Shown here piece after piece: positions 13,893 through 27,013 of a stretch of DNA of 64,000 nt (position 1 is the first letter of the stretch; every line of letters starts with the position of its first letter). The stretch is from positions 1-64,000 of the forward strand of contig ADNK01001326.1 in assembly GCA_000320545.1 (NCBI GenBank), written 5' to 3'. A program made the position numbers and the translations under genes. The notes beneath the pieces are model-generated. The model worked only from the letters and a program-made list of their open reading frames with translations. It ran no database searches and had not been told where the DNA came from. Origin of the DNA: Bigelowiella natans CCMP2755. Lineage: Eukaryota > Protista > Cercozoa.

Positions 13893-15060
13893 TTCGCTGC
13901 ACTGTTTTGCTTGCATCGCATGTCTAGCCACCATGCTAGCATGCATGCCACATGATTGCAATCGGTTCGATGACATGACATGGTCCAAGTGAAACTCGCA
14001 TGCAAAGTCCACATTTGTGCGATTTTTGATTGGTTTGAAATGGGGTGTCATTTTTGTTCAGAATTTTCTGGAAATTTCGGTGCAACGCAAGTCAGGCCAA
14101 ACTGACACGTTGCACACATTCAGTTCGCACATCAGTTTGATCGTGTCCTCTAGTCCTAGTCGATGGACAGCCAAAATTTCAACACCTGCATGAAGATGAA
14201 CTTGATCGATGGCGACAAGCAGCCTGACTAGCTGAACCGTTGTCGCAAAACACAAATGTGAGCCATGCACGCGTTTTTTTCGCGTGAGCGATCATTGTGA
14301 ACACACCAAAATGTGTTTTGACCAGTTGAAAACGTTCAGTTCATTTTGCTGCGCACATCGGCTGAAATGATGCCAAAATGACAATTCGATCTGAATCCAC
14401 ATCACTTCTGCACCCAGACCACTGCGACCACCACATGCGTTTTCAATCGGTCAAAACGCCATTCCAGTGCGTGTTCACAATGATGCTGCCGCAATGAGCG
14501 CTCGCTATGTCGCGCGAAAAAAATGCGAGCATGCTTGCACAATTTGCAAAGCCGGCGCAGCTCACTTGCTAGCTTGCACTTTTCGCCTAGTTGTGTCATT
14601 GTGCCACCATGCCAGCATGCTAGCATGTCTCGCGAGCGCTAGAGCGAGTTGCAAGCTAGGAAGGCTAGCTAGCTAGAAGACGGCGCTGCCTCATCAACTC
14701 ATCAATGTGGCCTTTGTTGTGGCTGTGCATGCGTGCACCCTGCCTAATGACTAGGACATGTGTGCTTTAGGACATGTGCACGTGGGAATTGTGGGATAGT
14801 TCATGTGTGCTTCAGAACATGTGTGTTTCTAGTGCACATGTAGAACATTTTGTGCAACAAACAACAGAACACACATGCACTAATTTGGTGCACACTAGCA
14901 TGTGTGGGTAAGAACATGTGTGCAAAAGAACACACGGTGCAAAGAACTCGAAACATGTCTAGATGTGTGTGTAATGACTACCACGCATGTTCGTACGCGC
15001 ATGCATGCACGAATGTAGCCTTCGATCATGTAATCATTTGTCCATTCATCACTACTAGCT
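13893..15060. repeat. TpA-depleted repeat island including an inverted-repeat (MITE-like) element at about 14263-14533
   Basis: 13893-14505 has five TpA, all in CTAG. About 70-bp imperfect inverted arms at 14263-14335 and 14437-14533. Confidence 0.7.
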
Positions 15061-15088
15061 AGACTAATATATTATATATACGTGTGTC

Positions 15089-15144
15089 ATAGCTACATTA
15101 GGATGACCATTGAAAAAATTTAAACATTTCATTACATCCGTCTC
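15089..15144 (+). mobile_element. 56-bp 5'-truncated LINE 3' end with 15-bp target-site duplication
   Basis: ATATATACGTGTGTC at 15074-15088 and 15145-15159 flanks a sequence matching the 3' end of the LINE at 37344-37953. Confidence 0.85.
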
Positions 15145-15255
15145 ATATATACGTGTGTCTATTGTACTAGACTAGATCACATGTGGCTACTTGTCTCACC
15201 CTGCACTCATAACAGCACTCTAGGCATAGGTATTCATTGTTACCCCACATACAGC

Positions 15256-15475
15256 ATGAGAAGGAAACACGCACTGCTGCATGTATAGCTGTGAGAAATG
15301 CGCGCCATTATACCATTCAAGACCGAAACAACATGCATTTTATTTGATTGCATGAAACACATCATAGCGGAGATCATGAGATTCAACATTGGCGCTGTAG
15401 CCGCTGCGTCATTGCACAGCTACATGAGGATGACCATTGAACAAATTTAATTTGATTCATTACATCCGTCTCACA
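15256..15475 (+). mobile_element. LINE 3'-end fragment (empty-site counterpart of the copy interrupted by a MITE at 20442)
   Basis: Matches 20380-20441 plus 20898-21080 and the GCTGTAGCCG..GGATGACCATTGAA..CATCCGTCTCA tail. Confidence 0.8.
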
Positions 15476-15789
15476 TACAGCATCACGTACACAAATAGCT
15501 CCGCTAGTACGCGCCCAGCGCGATACGTATACATTGCTAGATCTAGAGTATTTTTGCAACGGCAGCGACGACGGCTATCTATTGTACGACACATCTATGT
15601 GTGTGCCTACCGTACACTGTGTCTGTATTCTTCCCCTGTGCAATGATTCAATGCAACGTTGTAATATAGCGTAATTCTTCGATCCAAATCAGCTGCTAGG
15701 GTAAATTGATGAGAATGATCTCAAACGCAAAAGGGATATGGAAGCAAGTTTCTTGAGAATGACTAGGTTTGCTACCTCTCACGAAGTCC

Positions 15790-17633
15790 TCATTTTGGTT
15801 TCAAAATAGATTGAAGGTGGAGCATTAACTTCTACAACAAACAAAGGTGAACACTATTACCTCATTCAAGTCGGCCGAATTGAAAGAAATAGCAAATTAA
15901 ATCCAGCACCACAAACCTGTTCCTTGGCCAGCCCGAACAGTGCATGCTTTTCGCTTGGCACTAGGAATGATTTTAGCTGTGATACGAATGCTCGCCCATC
16001 AAACTGTTTGTCATTTACCTCGGTGAAATCTAAAGGCGTTTTCTTTTGCTAATCTCCTTGAAGCATCAAAGGGCACCTTGAATAAAATATTTCCATTGTT
16101 TTGGAGAAATCTAATGAAAATCGCCACAAAAGTACTATTTGGTCTGCTTCACTGTGGATGAGGAGAACGCTCTTGTGTGGTGCTTGGGAATCCTTTGGTT
16201 CCAATCTTAGAGGACAAGGCAGCATCGCCTGTCAACAGTGATAACGCACTGTAATACATAACTACACACGACGTGCCAGCACATAAAATCGGTCTTTATT
16301 CCCGTGTCTATCTGCAGAACTCTCTCTTCGCACTAATCTCTTGACTTACTGCACCAAGATACTTGCCCCTACCCTTGCTCTCGAAAATAATGGATTCGGA
16401 GACACACAATACCTTTTGTAGCAACAGCTCATATGCAGGGGCTAGGAGGAGTGTCGGTCCATTCCATGATCCCTCACGAAGAAGTAAACAAGCCAGGCAG
16501 CTTGATCGTAAATACAAACAATACCATCTATCATCTAAAGATTTATAAAGAGCAGTGTATTGAAATGGGGTCGCCAATGTACTCACCCTCCCCAACTAAA
16601 CGCGACGACCGCATCAGGTTTAACTTCCTTTAAAGCGTTCCTGGCTATATTGAGTGACTTGAGCAGGGATCCACGAATCCCTGCTGCTATAATTTCTCTA
16701 CGCTTTATCACAATTCCGATTCCTGATAATGTTGAAAAAATTGTGGATATTGATCAGAATGATAGGAACCATTAAATTTGAAAGGCAACAATAGATAATA
16801 CTACTTGACATGAAAACCTATCAGAAAATATCTCGTCTCTTTCTACCCGCAAGTAAACAGCCAAGAATCTTATTCGACATTGGAAGGGTACTCTAAAACC
16901 GATGATAGCAGGAATAATCATAGAGAAATCAGCGGGTACTATTAACGAACTCGGAGCAGTAGTAATGTTTTCCACCTTTGCGAGGAAAATCGCCAAAATT
17001 ATTGGACCAATCAAGTATGGAGAAGATAGCATATATCTAGAACCGAGGTAGTAAGTGAGAAAGTACAGATTATTCATCGAGTAGTAATGTCCATACCGAA
17101 TTGGTGAATTTCGGTGTGTCAAGTAGACCCCAAGGTGCTACGTGGAATGATGCAAATCTCAAACATCAGATGCGTGTGTAAATATGTGGTATCCAACAAA
17201 GCCTAAATATTGGTGATTCTATTCTCTCTGTAACGGTGAGCGTACCATCATCATTATCACCATAATCATCGTCCTCATCATTGATTCTCCATCATCATGC
17301 CATACATCTCTGTCGTCGTCGTTGTCGTCGTCGTGGTGGTGGTGGTGGTGGTGGTGTAACATGTTTTTGTCGCTAGTTGCAATATAACTAATAGAAAGAG
17401 AATAATGCATTGTGTAACATGCGAAATCGAAACATAAACGTCTTCAAAATTCGTTGATTCATACCGGAACGTGCATCTCCACGTGCGGCCGAAGACTCGC
17501 TATACGGACACAATTTAAAATAAATTTCAATTGTCAACTTTGTTGTGTTACCTGGTTTCGGGCTCCCACTATTTTCTTCAAAACCGTGTAGGTAGAGAAT
17601 TTTGGGTCGCTTCTTATTTTCCTCCATCGTCAT
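15790..17633 (-). CDS. Alpha/beta-hydrolase (YqiA/UPF0227-like esterase) with an internal hydrophobic segment, multi-exon
   Basis: KILYLHGF oxyanion region, PDAVVAFSWGG nucleophile elbow, LLLAPA, LLIHSEADQIV (Asp) and VPSEKHAL (His). Confidence 0.75.
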
Positions 17634-18027
17634 TATTGGCAAACGATGAGTTCCAGCTTGTTCCGATTTGGGTTTGCTGGTTCATGTCCTAGTTATTTAT
17701 TAGTGTGACAAAAAAGGACTGTAATCTCTACTTACGACAACCACACGACGAGCTCAGAATTAGAATGGGATTCTTATCCTACGACAATAACGAAAAAGTG
17801 ATAAATTAAGAAATAAAGAAGAGTTATTAATAGTTGTCACGGATAGTTATATAGAGCAATCTCATCTCACCATCCTAGTAACGCATCCAATCGTAACGTG
17901 CTGTCACAGACCACAAATCGATCGATCTCCCCCCATCCTCATAGAAACCAACATGGTAGACTTTTATTCTACGTAAGCTTTTAAGTTAAGGAAGAAAAAC
18001 TTTTAAAGAACTCAATTTCACGGAATT

Positions 18028-19683
18028 ATGTTTTCTATTTGGACTCTTCAAGTATTTGTTCTCCTCTGCGGTACATGCTATTGTACGGCCTCTTCTTCTG
18101 CATCATCTTCATCAACATGGGGCTATTCCAAGTATGACCCATCACCTCAGTGCACTTACTCATCTCCCCAAGCCGGAAAGTCTGGTTACACGGAATATGG
18201 TAAAACCATGCAGATATTATTCTCTAATAAAAATCGCAAAGATACGATTTACTGCCAAATTAAACATCTGAGTCTCATTACATCAGGGCCTTACTGCTGG
18301 AGCACGTACTCCTCCACTTGTTCCTCTACATCACAGTCCCCCATCAACATCGACAATGCAATTGCCACAGCTCCAGGAAAATTTGAATCGCTTAGCTTTA
18401 AAACTTCCCAGTCCTGCACGTCAGCGGCTATTTTCAATTCCGGTATTGTTTCTGACCGAAACATTCTATCATTATTAACAAATTTTATTGATTAGGTACT
18501 GCATGGAAAGTGTCGTTCGAGAATTCATGTAGCAATTTCTTCGGCACACATTTCCAGGGAAAAGAATATCATCTTGAAAATCTTGTCTTCCATTCGCCTT
18601 CTGAGCACACAATTGGAGGTGCTAGATTTGACGGAGAATTGCAATTAGTGCATCAAACTACATCGCACGAGTACCTCATAGTTTCAGTGCTTTTTAAGTC
18701 AAGTTCTCAAGAAGAGTCTGCGAACAACTTCCTGAATTTCATCTGGGGAGAAGGCACAGATCCCAGCACAGGGATAACCAACAACAAAACAGCAAATTTT
18801 ACTACAATAGGAGATGACCAACAAATGGTTACGTTGTCCAGAAATATTGATCCATATAAAGAAGTGATACCGTCCAAGCCTACGTACTATGCATACAAGG
18901 GGAGTCTGACGTATCCCCCCTGTACAGAGAATGTGTGGTGGGCTATTATGGCTCAACCATTACTAATGAGCTCATCTCAGGTGTCATTGTTCCGCGAAGG
19001 CCTATCAAAAGTGAACAACGATACGACTAACATCGACTCTTATGGAAAGTACGCCAATAGCCGCCCACCCCAACCGAAAAATGGCAGAAGTATATACTAC
19101 TTTGGAGGAGGAGAGGAAGGGCATGGCAGCCACGATTCTCATGGCACTGAAACACATATATTCTTTGGCTCAATTTTGATGCCTATCGCTTACGCCGTAT
19201 CTTTCATTGGTTTGGTCCTTGTTGGCGCCGCAGGATTGCAATTCGCTTTGAGTCTTGCACTTGTTTTTTCTGCAGCATGGGGAAGATATATTTTATTAGA
19301 TTGGTTTGACAAACATTGCCAAACCTTGGAATCGAAAAGTTGGTACGTACGCAAAGTGGCGATTATTAGTTTAAATCTTGCTCGCTTTCGTTTTCTGAAG
19401 GTCCTTTGCCTCGTATTGGAGGTTCTCGTTGCTGCAGGTTATGCATAATTAATTTTTTATTCGTTTTTACCTGATATATGTGTTTTGATTATCAGACGTA
19501 ATTGACATACTAGTAACACCGCTACAGTTCCAATCTTGGGAAATAATTGGGAAGATTGGTATCGTCGTCGTGATTAGAACAGTTTTGGGATACCATCTGA
19601 GCCATGAGTTTGAGATTCTTGAAGCTGAAACAGCAAGAGAAAAAAAAATGGCGTTTGAGAAAAATCACCACAAAAAAGATTAG
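18028..19683 (+). CDS. Signal-peptide alpha-carbonic-anhydrase-like domain fused to a C-terminal DUF1622-like membrane domain
   Basis: WGYS..GPYCW..QSPINID, FHSPSEHTIGG, YYAYKGSLTYPPCTENVWW and NSRPPQPKNGR are alpha-CA motifs. After a GT-AG intron: LEVLVAADVIDILVTP..IGIVVVIRTVLGYHLSHE, ending TAG at 19683. Confidence 0.88.
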
Positions 19684-19779
19684 AAACATTGGTGGGGATT
19701 ACATCGTAAGAATGCACAATGTGAAGAGAATGCAACATGTAACACATGTGACAACATGAAGACATGGACCATTTGTCAC

Positions 19780-21080
19780 AATACGATGCCCACGCACACT
19801 AGCACACCAACAACACAAAGTATACAACCAATTGACTGCATGCCATGATGGACCGCAAAGATGACACCAAACGCCTAACGAAGGCTGAAAGAGAGCAAGT
19901 GCGCGCGGCTGCGCGTGCTGCGCAACACGTACTAGCGAATAACACGATGAGTTTGCTTTCAAATGCATGTATGAACATTTCATTACATCCGTCTCATATA
20001 CATGAAGCTCACAACAATAACGTTACTAGCTATGCTAGCTAGAAACAACCAGATCCGATGCAACATGAGCGCTGTCGCCGCAGCTATCTAGCTTTGCATG
20101 GCTACATTGGGATGACCATTATTGAAAGAATTTGATCGCTTCATTGCATCTGTCTATGCTACGTAGCGTGAGGATGACCATTGGACAAATTTAATTGCAT
20201 GATTGCACCGCCCGTCTTGCATTCGTCTCATTGTTGTTATTGCACACCACGCTTGCAAGCACGCATCAACGCCGCTTGAGGACTAGCTAGGTAGAGGAAT
20301 CATGCAATCAGCTCGATCACTGCCATGGCATGCATGGTGATGCGCGACGACGACGATCGAAACGAAAAAATTGACATGCGATGAGAAGGAAACCCCTCGC
20401 ACGCGCTGTGCGAAATGCGCGCCATTCATGCAAGACCGAAACACGGCCACCACAGCCACAGCAGGCCCTGGCGTAATCAGGATGTCCGAAATTGCAAATG
20501 CGAGCTCGCAGGCGACTAGCAAGCGCAGCACAGCGCGTGCATGTGACCACAAACACATGACAAGTGGGTTGCGGGCTGCAAAAATCCACACTTATTTCGA
20601 CAAAATGTGGTCAAAACATGATTTTTTGAGGTTTTGACGCACATTGAAAGGATGAATTTCGCACCAATGTTGAACAAATGTGGAAACAAAACCGAGAGGT
20701 GTCACAACAATTTGAAGCGCAATTCGTTTCGTGCACGACCATGGAATTTGCAACGAAAAGGTCCCACATGCAACCGACACCGCAGTCAGACACAATGTGT
20801 ATGTAAAAGCAATTTGAACGCATGCGCGCGCAAAATGGATTTTGCAACGAAAATCCGGGATCACAGATCACGCCCGGGCCTGGCTGTGGTGGCCGTGGCA
20901 ACAACGTGACATGCATTTGATTGCATGAAACACATCATAGTGGAGACCATCAGATTCAACGTTAGCGCTGTAGCCGCTAGCTGCGTCATTGCACAGCTAT
21001 GGATGCGCATGAGGATGACCATTGAACAAATTATAATTTAATTTGATTCATTACATCCGTCTTATACATCCGTCTCACAC
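19780..21080 (+). mobile_element. Cluster of degenerate LINE 3'-end fragments (TpA-depleted island)
   Basis: MMDRKDDTKRLTKAEREQVRAAARAAQH (19845) is homologous to IMNRNDDTNRLTKAEIESRTAARSARQH (37730). Several GGATGACCATT..CATCCGTCT tails are present. Confidence 0.8.
20442..20897. mobile_element. Non-autonomous TIR element (MITE), copy 1, nested in a LINE fragment
   Basis: Ends CACGGCCACCACAGCC..GGCTGTGGTGGCCGTG. A close inverted copy lies at 42834-43307. Confidence 0.88.
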
Positions 21081-21315
21081 TTTGAAAAATGCCTGACTGA
21101 TGGTGCAACATCGGCATCATCCAATCTAGCCATAGACATTGTCAGGCATAACGCATGTTAGCCAATGATGGCCACACGTGCATGCAGGGTGTGCGTCGTT
21201 GTGTGCGGCGCATCCTCCTTCACCTTCCAACTTTAGATATTGACGCGAATGACTTGCTCAGTGTGAAGTAGCTTAATTTCTATTACCTTTCTGTTTGTTC
21301 TACTCTATGATGCAG

Positions 21316-21681
21316 CTATTTTTTCGGGACTTGTTCCAAAGACAATGGTCCAAACTAATTTTGGGTTTATTTCACAGATTTTAGATGGTAAAATTGTTTC
21401 CTGAACTTCGATTAAAAAACTGCAAATTATTCAATTTAAACAAAAATTGAGGCAGGGAAATCTGGGATCTAGATGAAAGAATTACGCATGAAAGGACAAA
21501 AATACCTATCCCCTCGGCATTGACGTTATTCCGTAACATTCAAGAAACAATAGCGAGATACATTTCATATTTACGTGCGAACAACCTTTCCATTTTGATA
21601 ATCAAGAAGAATACGGCGCCCAGCTTGCTCAACACCTAGAAATGTAAGATTTAAATACTTACACCACACACACACACATAC

Positions 21682-21758
<77 letters not shown>

Positions 21759-23108
21759 GTGTGTGTGTGTGTGTGTGGTGTCAGACTTTCATAAAAAATA
21801 TTGCTAATCAATGTTGTAGCATCTTATTTTGCCATCAAGACATCGCTATTCGTGAACGATGCAATCAGCACTTTTTCCTTTTCACCCACCTCCCGATGAT
21901 GAGGTCTTATTCGCTAGGCGCTCCATAAAGAGGTGTATAAATTCACGCTTTTCGGGTGGTTCGATCGCGTAACGCTGTTTTAGTCTTTCGGTGAATCTCA
22001 CACCGTGTGAAGTATTTAAAACGGCAATGAGTTCCTCAGCGATTATACTAGGCTGACAGATCATAGGGATCGATATAACACACACACAGAGTCAAAATCG
22101 ACTGCACTCTCTCAATATTTCACTTGTTTGTGATAGATTGCTGCCCCTCTTCCTGCCATTATCCTCCCTCTTCTATTTACACAGTGGTAGTAGTAGTAGT
22201 AGTAGTAGTAGTTGTAATAGTAGTACCAAATAGGATGCTTCTCCAATCTCATTGCACATCGCTAACTTCTGAGCTGCAAACTAGGTAATGATATGGAAAT
22301 TATGAATAAAGAATGGGATTGTTCTCTCTCCTCTTCAACTCTCTGGTATGTTATCATTGTCGTCCTCATCACGGCTGTTCTCCCAGCTACTAATACTACT
22401 ACTACTACTACTACCTGATCCTCTTGCCTCATTGGAAGAAGGCCAGGCGTATCCAATAAATCGATGCCATCGTTAGCAACATAGTTATTCGTACGACCCC
22501 CCCCTAATAAAACACAATCCAATACAATACCACACATAAGTACCATCTGTGGAATTTCTTCGTTATATTATTTATTTTATTATTATTACTAATATCAATT
22601 ATTAATAATATGAAACCGATGGTTATAGAATACCTAATCTAATCTAACGTGACTATCTGGTCACGGTTATAGAATAATACCTAATCTAACCCAACGTAGC
22701 TGTCTGGTCACTCCCACTTTTGGAGCACTATCTACTATTCGTCGCTTCGTTAAACGATTTATCAATGCGCTCTTGCCAACATTGGGAAAACCTTTCATGT
22801 GGCAAACAAAAACTCAACATATACAATACATATATACATATAAATATATATAATTATCTGCCAAAATTGAATATCAGTATTATTTTCCGATGTATAGAGT
22901 TTGACACCATTATCATCATCAACATCAACATCATCTGTGACGGAGTAAGCAATTCACACCTACAATCACTACACGAGGAGCTCTTGGTAGAAGTCCTCTA
23001 TCCTTTCTCGCCATATTGACAGGATGGCTGAGTCGTACTGCAGCTTCCAACAATTCTTCGATCCCCTGAGATGGATGAATGGATGGATGGATGGATCATG
23101 GGTTGAGC

Positions 23109-23139
<31 letters not shown>

Positions 23140-23931
23140 CCAGCACTATTATTAACACAACATTCGCAGTAGGTCAGTAAAACTGAATTCTGTTTGGATG
23201 TAGTTTAACTTGATTCACATGATAGCCTCGTTATGAATAATATATAGAATGTACTATTTTCTTCAAGTAATTAAAACACCTCCACAATATATCAATAGCA
23301 CCCAATATAGATTCAAAAGATTTTCCTGCTCTATTTCTTTTCATCATCCAGCAAGAGTTGATTTTACACACACACACGTAAACGCACAAAGACACTACTC
23401 GTGTGGATTTGATATATGCATGCACCTTGCCTTCTTTTCCATTTGTCCAATAAGGTGTTATCTACGGCAGATTAATTGATTGTTTCGTGATGATTGATTG
23501 ATTGATGATGATGATGATGACAAGCTGTGGTGTGAATGTGATGATAATACTCACCACCACCACAATGATGATATACTTTTCTTTCTACTGTTGTAGTAAC
23601 ATGCTTATTCTATTGTTTGTGACAGGTGCGAGATCGATATTCTTCTCATTTGTGTAGACAAAAACGATAGCGACAACGATTTATGATCCTCATTATTATT
23701 CTTACTTACTATATCAAAAAATAGAACTATTTTATAATTATCTTGGACCCCTTTTTTGGTTTGGAAGTAGTCAGTCACACGGTTTCTCTCCTCACTTGTA
23801 ATACTCTCCATTCTGTTAATAGCTAGTAGCCTGATGATAGTTATGAATTAGCAGGGCATCTATTGGTTAGTGAACGATCCACACATTATATGCATAAATT
23901 CATTTGTAAATATGTCTGTTTTATGTATGTG

Positions 23932-23967
<36 letters not shown>

Positions 23968-24219
23968 GCTGTGTTGGTGGCCATATGGATATGTGTGTAC
24001 TAACTACTACTTTCTTTTGTGTTGAGTCCAAAGAGTCAATTTGGGATGTTCGGTGGAAAATGGTATCCTCGCATCTCTTACCTGATGATGATTCATATGG
24101 TCATATAAAGTGGACAACAAATACGACGAAGACGACGACATAGTGATAACACAACCAAAAAAAAAAGAATAATAATAATTTCCAAATATGTAACACCTAT
24201 TCTAAGCTTCTTCTTCTTC

Positions 24220-24254
<35 letters not shown>

Positions 24255-24978
24255 AATATCAGTGGTATAATCCCTTATCCTTTCTTCTTTCACACACTCC
24301 TCACCCCCTCCCTCTCCTTTATTTCTCATCTATCTACCCTCCCTTCCCACTAAAGAGGGGATTAAAAGCACATATTATACGTATGTTCTGCATACTCATG
24401 TGCGTATCTGATTGAAATAAGTGAGAACAACTAACTGCATTCCGCATACATACTTCGATGACGACATCAACCATCTTTAACTGCTCCTTAAGTGCCTTCT
24501 CGGCTTTAGCAATATGGCCAGGGTACCACTGTACAACACGAGCCTTTCCAAAGTCCTCAATACCAAGTTCCCCCGGTGTTTTCATAGATGAGATAATCTC
24601 CAAATTAGGAACAACATTACCTGCTGATGTCCCTGCAGACAAAGAAGAAGAAGAAGAAGAAGGCTTTATAAGACCCTTTGCAGTTGCACGTGCAAGCCTC
24701 ATTGCTTCTATTTGCCTTTCCTAGAAAAGAAGAAACGTATTTCTTAATCACCATATAACACCACATGAAAAAGTACAAGTACCTTAGCTTCCTTTTCCTC
24801 CTTTTGGATCATTGACCAGTCAACTTCCTCTTCCTCATCAAGCATTCTCTGAACTCTTCGACTTGCCCCGTCATTACCTCCTCCTTTTTTTTTCTTTCGG
24901 CGACCTGCAAATACTTGCACGTCTATGCTCCTGAGGGGCCTACACGTGCTAATCTGCTGCAGCTTTATCACCAATTGG

Positions 24979-25013
<35 letters not shown>

Positions 25014-25402
25014 GAGAGAAATCAGGCTGCTTTGTGGCTGCTGCCGGGGCGATGACATGAATAAGATCCCTCGTCCAAGAAGACCACTAGATTGACCAAT
25101 TCTATGCTTGCTACCTTCTTTTTCTAGGGATAGCAACTGTTGACGCGTTCCTGTTGAGTAATTCTTACATTTATTTCCCCAGAGAGAGAATGCTCCAATT
25201 GCAACAATTAAGGCCAAGCAGAGTGAAGTCGCAAATAATCTTGACTGGGTGTCTGGGCCTGAGTATGACGAGATTTTGCACGTATTTAACACAGAGTCAT
25301 CTCAAAAAGTCATTGCAAGATCCTTCTAATGTTGAAGCGATTGTGAAGGAAGAAGAAGAAAGTGGTACAATTTGTTACTACGTTACCAGGCCTCATTGCC
25401 AT
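21316..25402 (-). CDS. rbgA: RbgA/YlqF-family circularly permuted ribosome-biogenesis GTPase, probably plastid-targeted
   Basis: [76 protein letters not shown]-terminal hydrophobic signal ([12 protein letters not shown]) followed by an S/R-rich extension. Confidence 0.9.
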
Positions 25403-25599
25403 CTCAACTTTCCCTTGAGAAGAAGTTTTTAACGATGATTCGTAGTGTGCAAGAAATTAAGGTACTGTTGAGCTCCGATTTTCTGCAATTTGTAAGATCT
25501 AGAGCAACAACTTTGCCACCACCATCATCGTCATCATCTTCTGTGCAATGTGTATACCCTACTTATGGTCACTCAGTCTCTAGAGTATGATCTCTGAGA

Positions 25600-25625
25600 A
25601 TCTCCAACGATCTCCTCTTGGTCTC

Positions 25626-25656
<31 letters not shown>

Positions 25657-26252
25657 CTAGATCTACTGTGCCTCCCCACTGCCTTTACCTCAAACCTACT
25701 ACCTACTTGTGATTCCTACTCACAGACCAACACACCTACTGACTGGAGGTGGTGGTGGTGGTGGTGGTGTTAGTTGTAATAATAGTAATACTATCAGTGG
25801 TGGTGAAGGAGCACCTAGATTCTCCTCCTCCTCCTCCTCCTTTCACCAACCCAAGGCAGCAGCAACAGCGAGCACTGTCGTAGTTGGACCAGCGGTATTG
25901 CCAACCAGCAGAAAGAAGAGTATTGATATTTTACAATTTCTAGTATCTCTACAATTGTGTAGGATGGGCAGGTGGTGGTACCTTTTTAATAATAGAAGCA
26001 GCAACAATTATTGTGGTGCCACTAGCCAAATATTCCGGGGTGGGAAACAGCAGCAGAATCTCAGGAGGTTGCTTGTAGCTGGATCGATCCTTGTTCTAAT
26101 CTCATCGCAAATTACATCAACCCCATTCACATCAAGGTCGTATACGACAGGACACAGCTATTTCGAAATAAATTCGAAACAACCTCCTAAATTTTAGAGT
26201 GTGTGTGAGAGATATGAGATATTTGAAACCTCCTCCTAAATTTTCGAAAGTA

Positions 26253-26342
<90 letters not shown>

Positions 26343-26871
26343 GATCTACTCTTCTTCTTCTTCTTCTTTATTCAACCACCCGTCTGCTGTCCAAATTAAT
26401 AAGGTTGGTAGATGATCGCCGCCGCCTCTTCCTGCTGTCACAAGGGTTGATAGGAAGAAATACAACAATGACTGTTGACTACTCATCTACTACTCCAGCA
26501 ATTACTGCTGCAGAACTAGTCGAAGGCAAGGTTACACGGCCAAACAAGGTAGCAGCAGCAGCAGATTCTAACGGAATGATCAATTGAAACAATTCCATGC
26601 AACTCCATCAATAACTTTCAGCTGCCCCCACTTTTTCATACACTAATAAGGAAGCAAACATTGCCGAGAGTGAAGTGTTGGAGAAGCAGCAAAAAGGAAA
26701 AGGTTTGATATCACGGGCAAACTCTTTATACAATTACCTCCATAATTCGTCGGGTATGGATGTCGGGTTGTCAAGAAAAGGCGCTCTGGCTTGCAGGTAC
26801 GTTTAAATGGTGAAAGTGCATCCTGCCTCATTATTATTTTCAAAACTGAAGTATGAAGTCAAAATAAGTAA

Positions 26872-26922
<51 letters not shown>

Positions 26923-26970
26923 CACTAACACACACACACACACACACTATAATTACAATATTTATATGTG

Positions 26971-27013
<43 letters not shown>

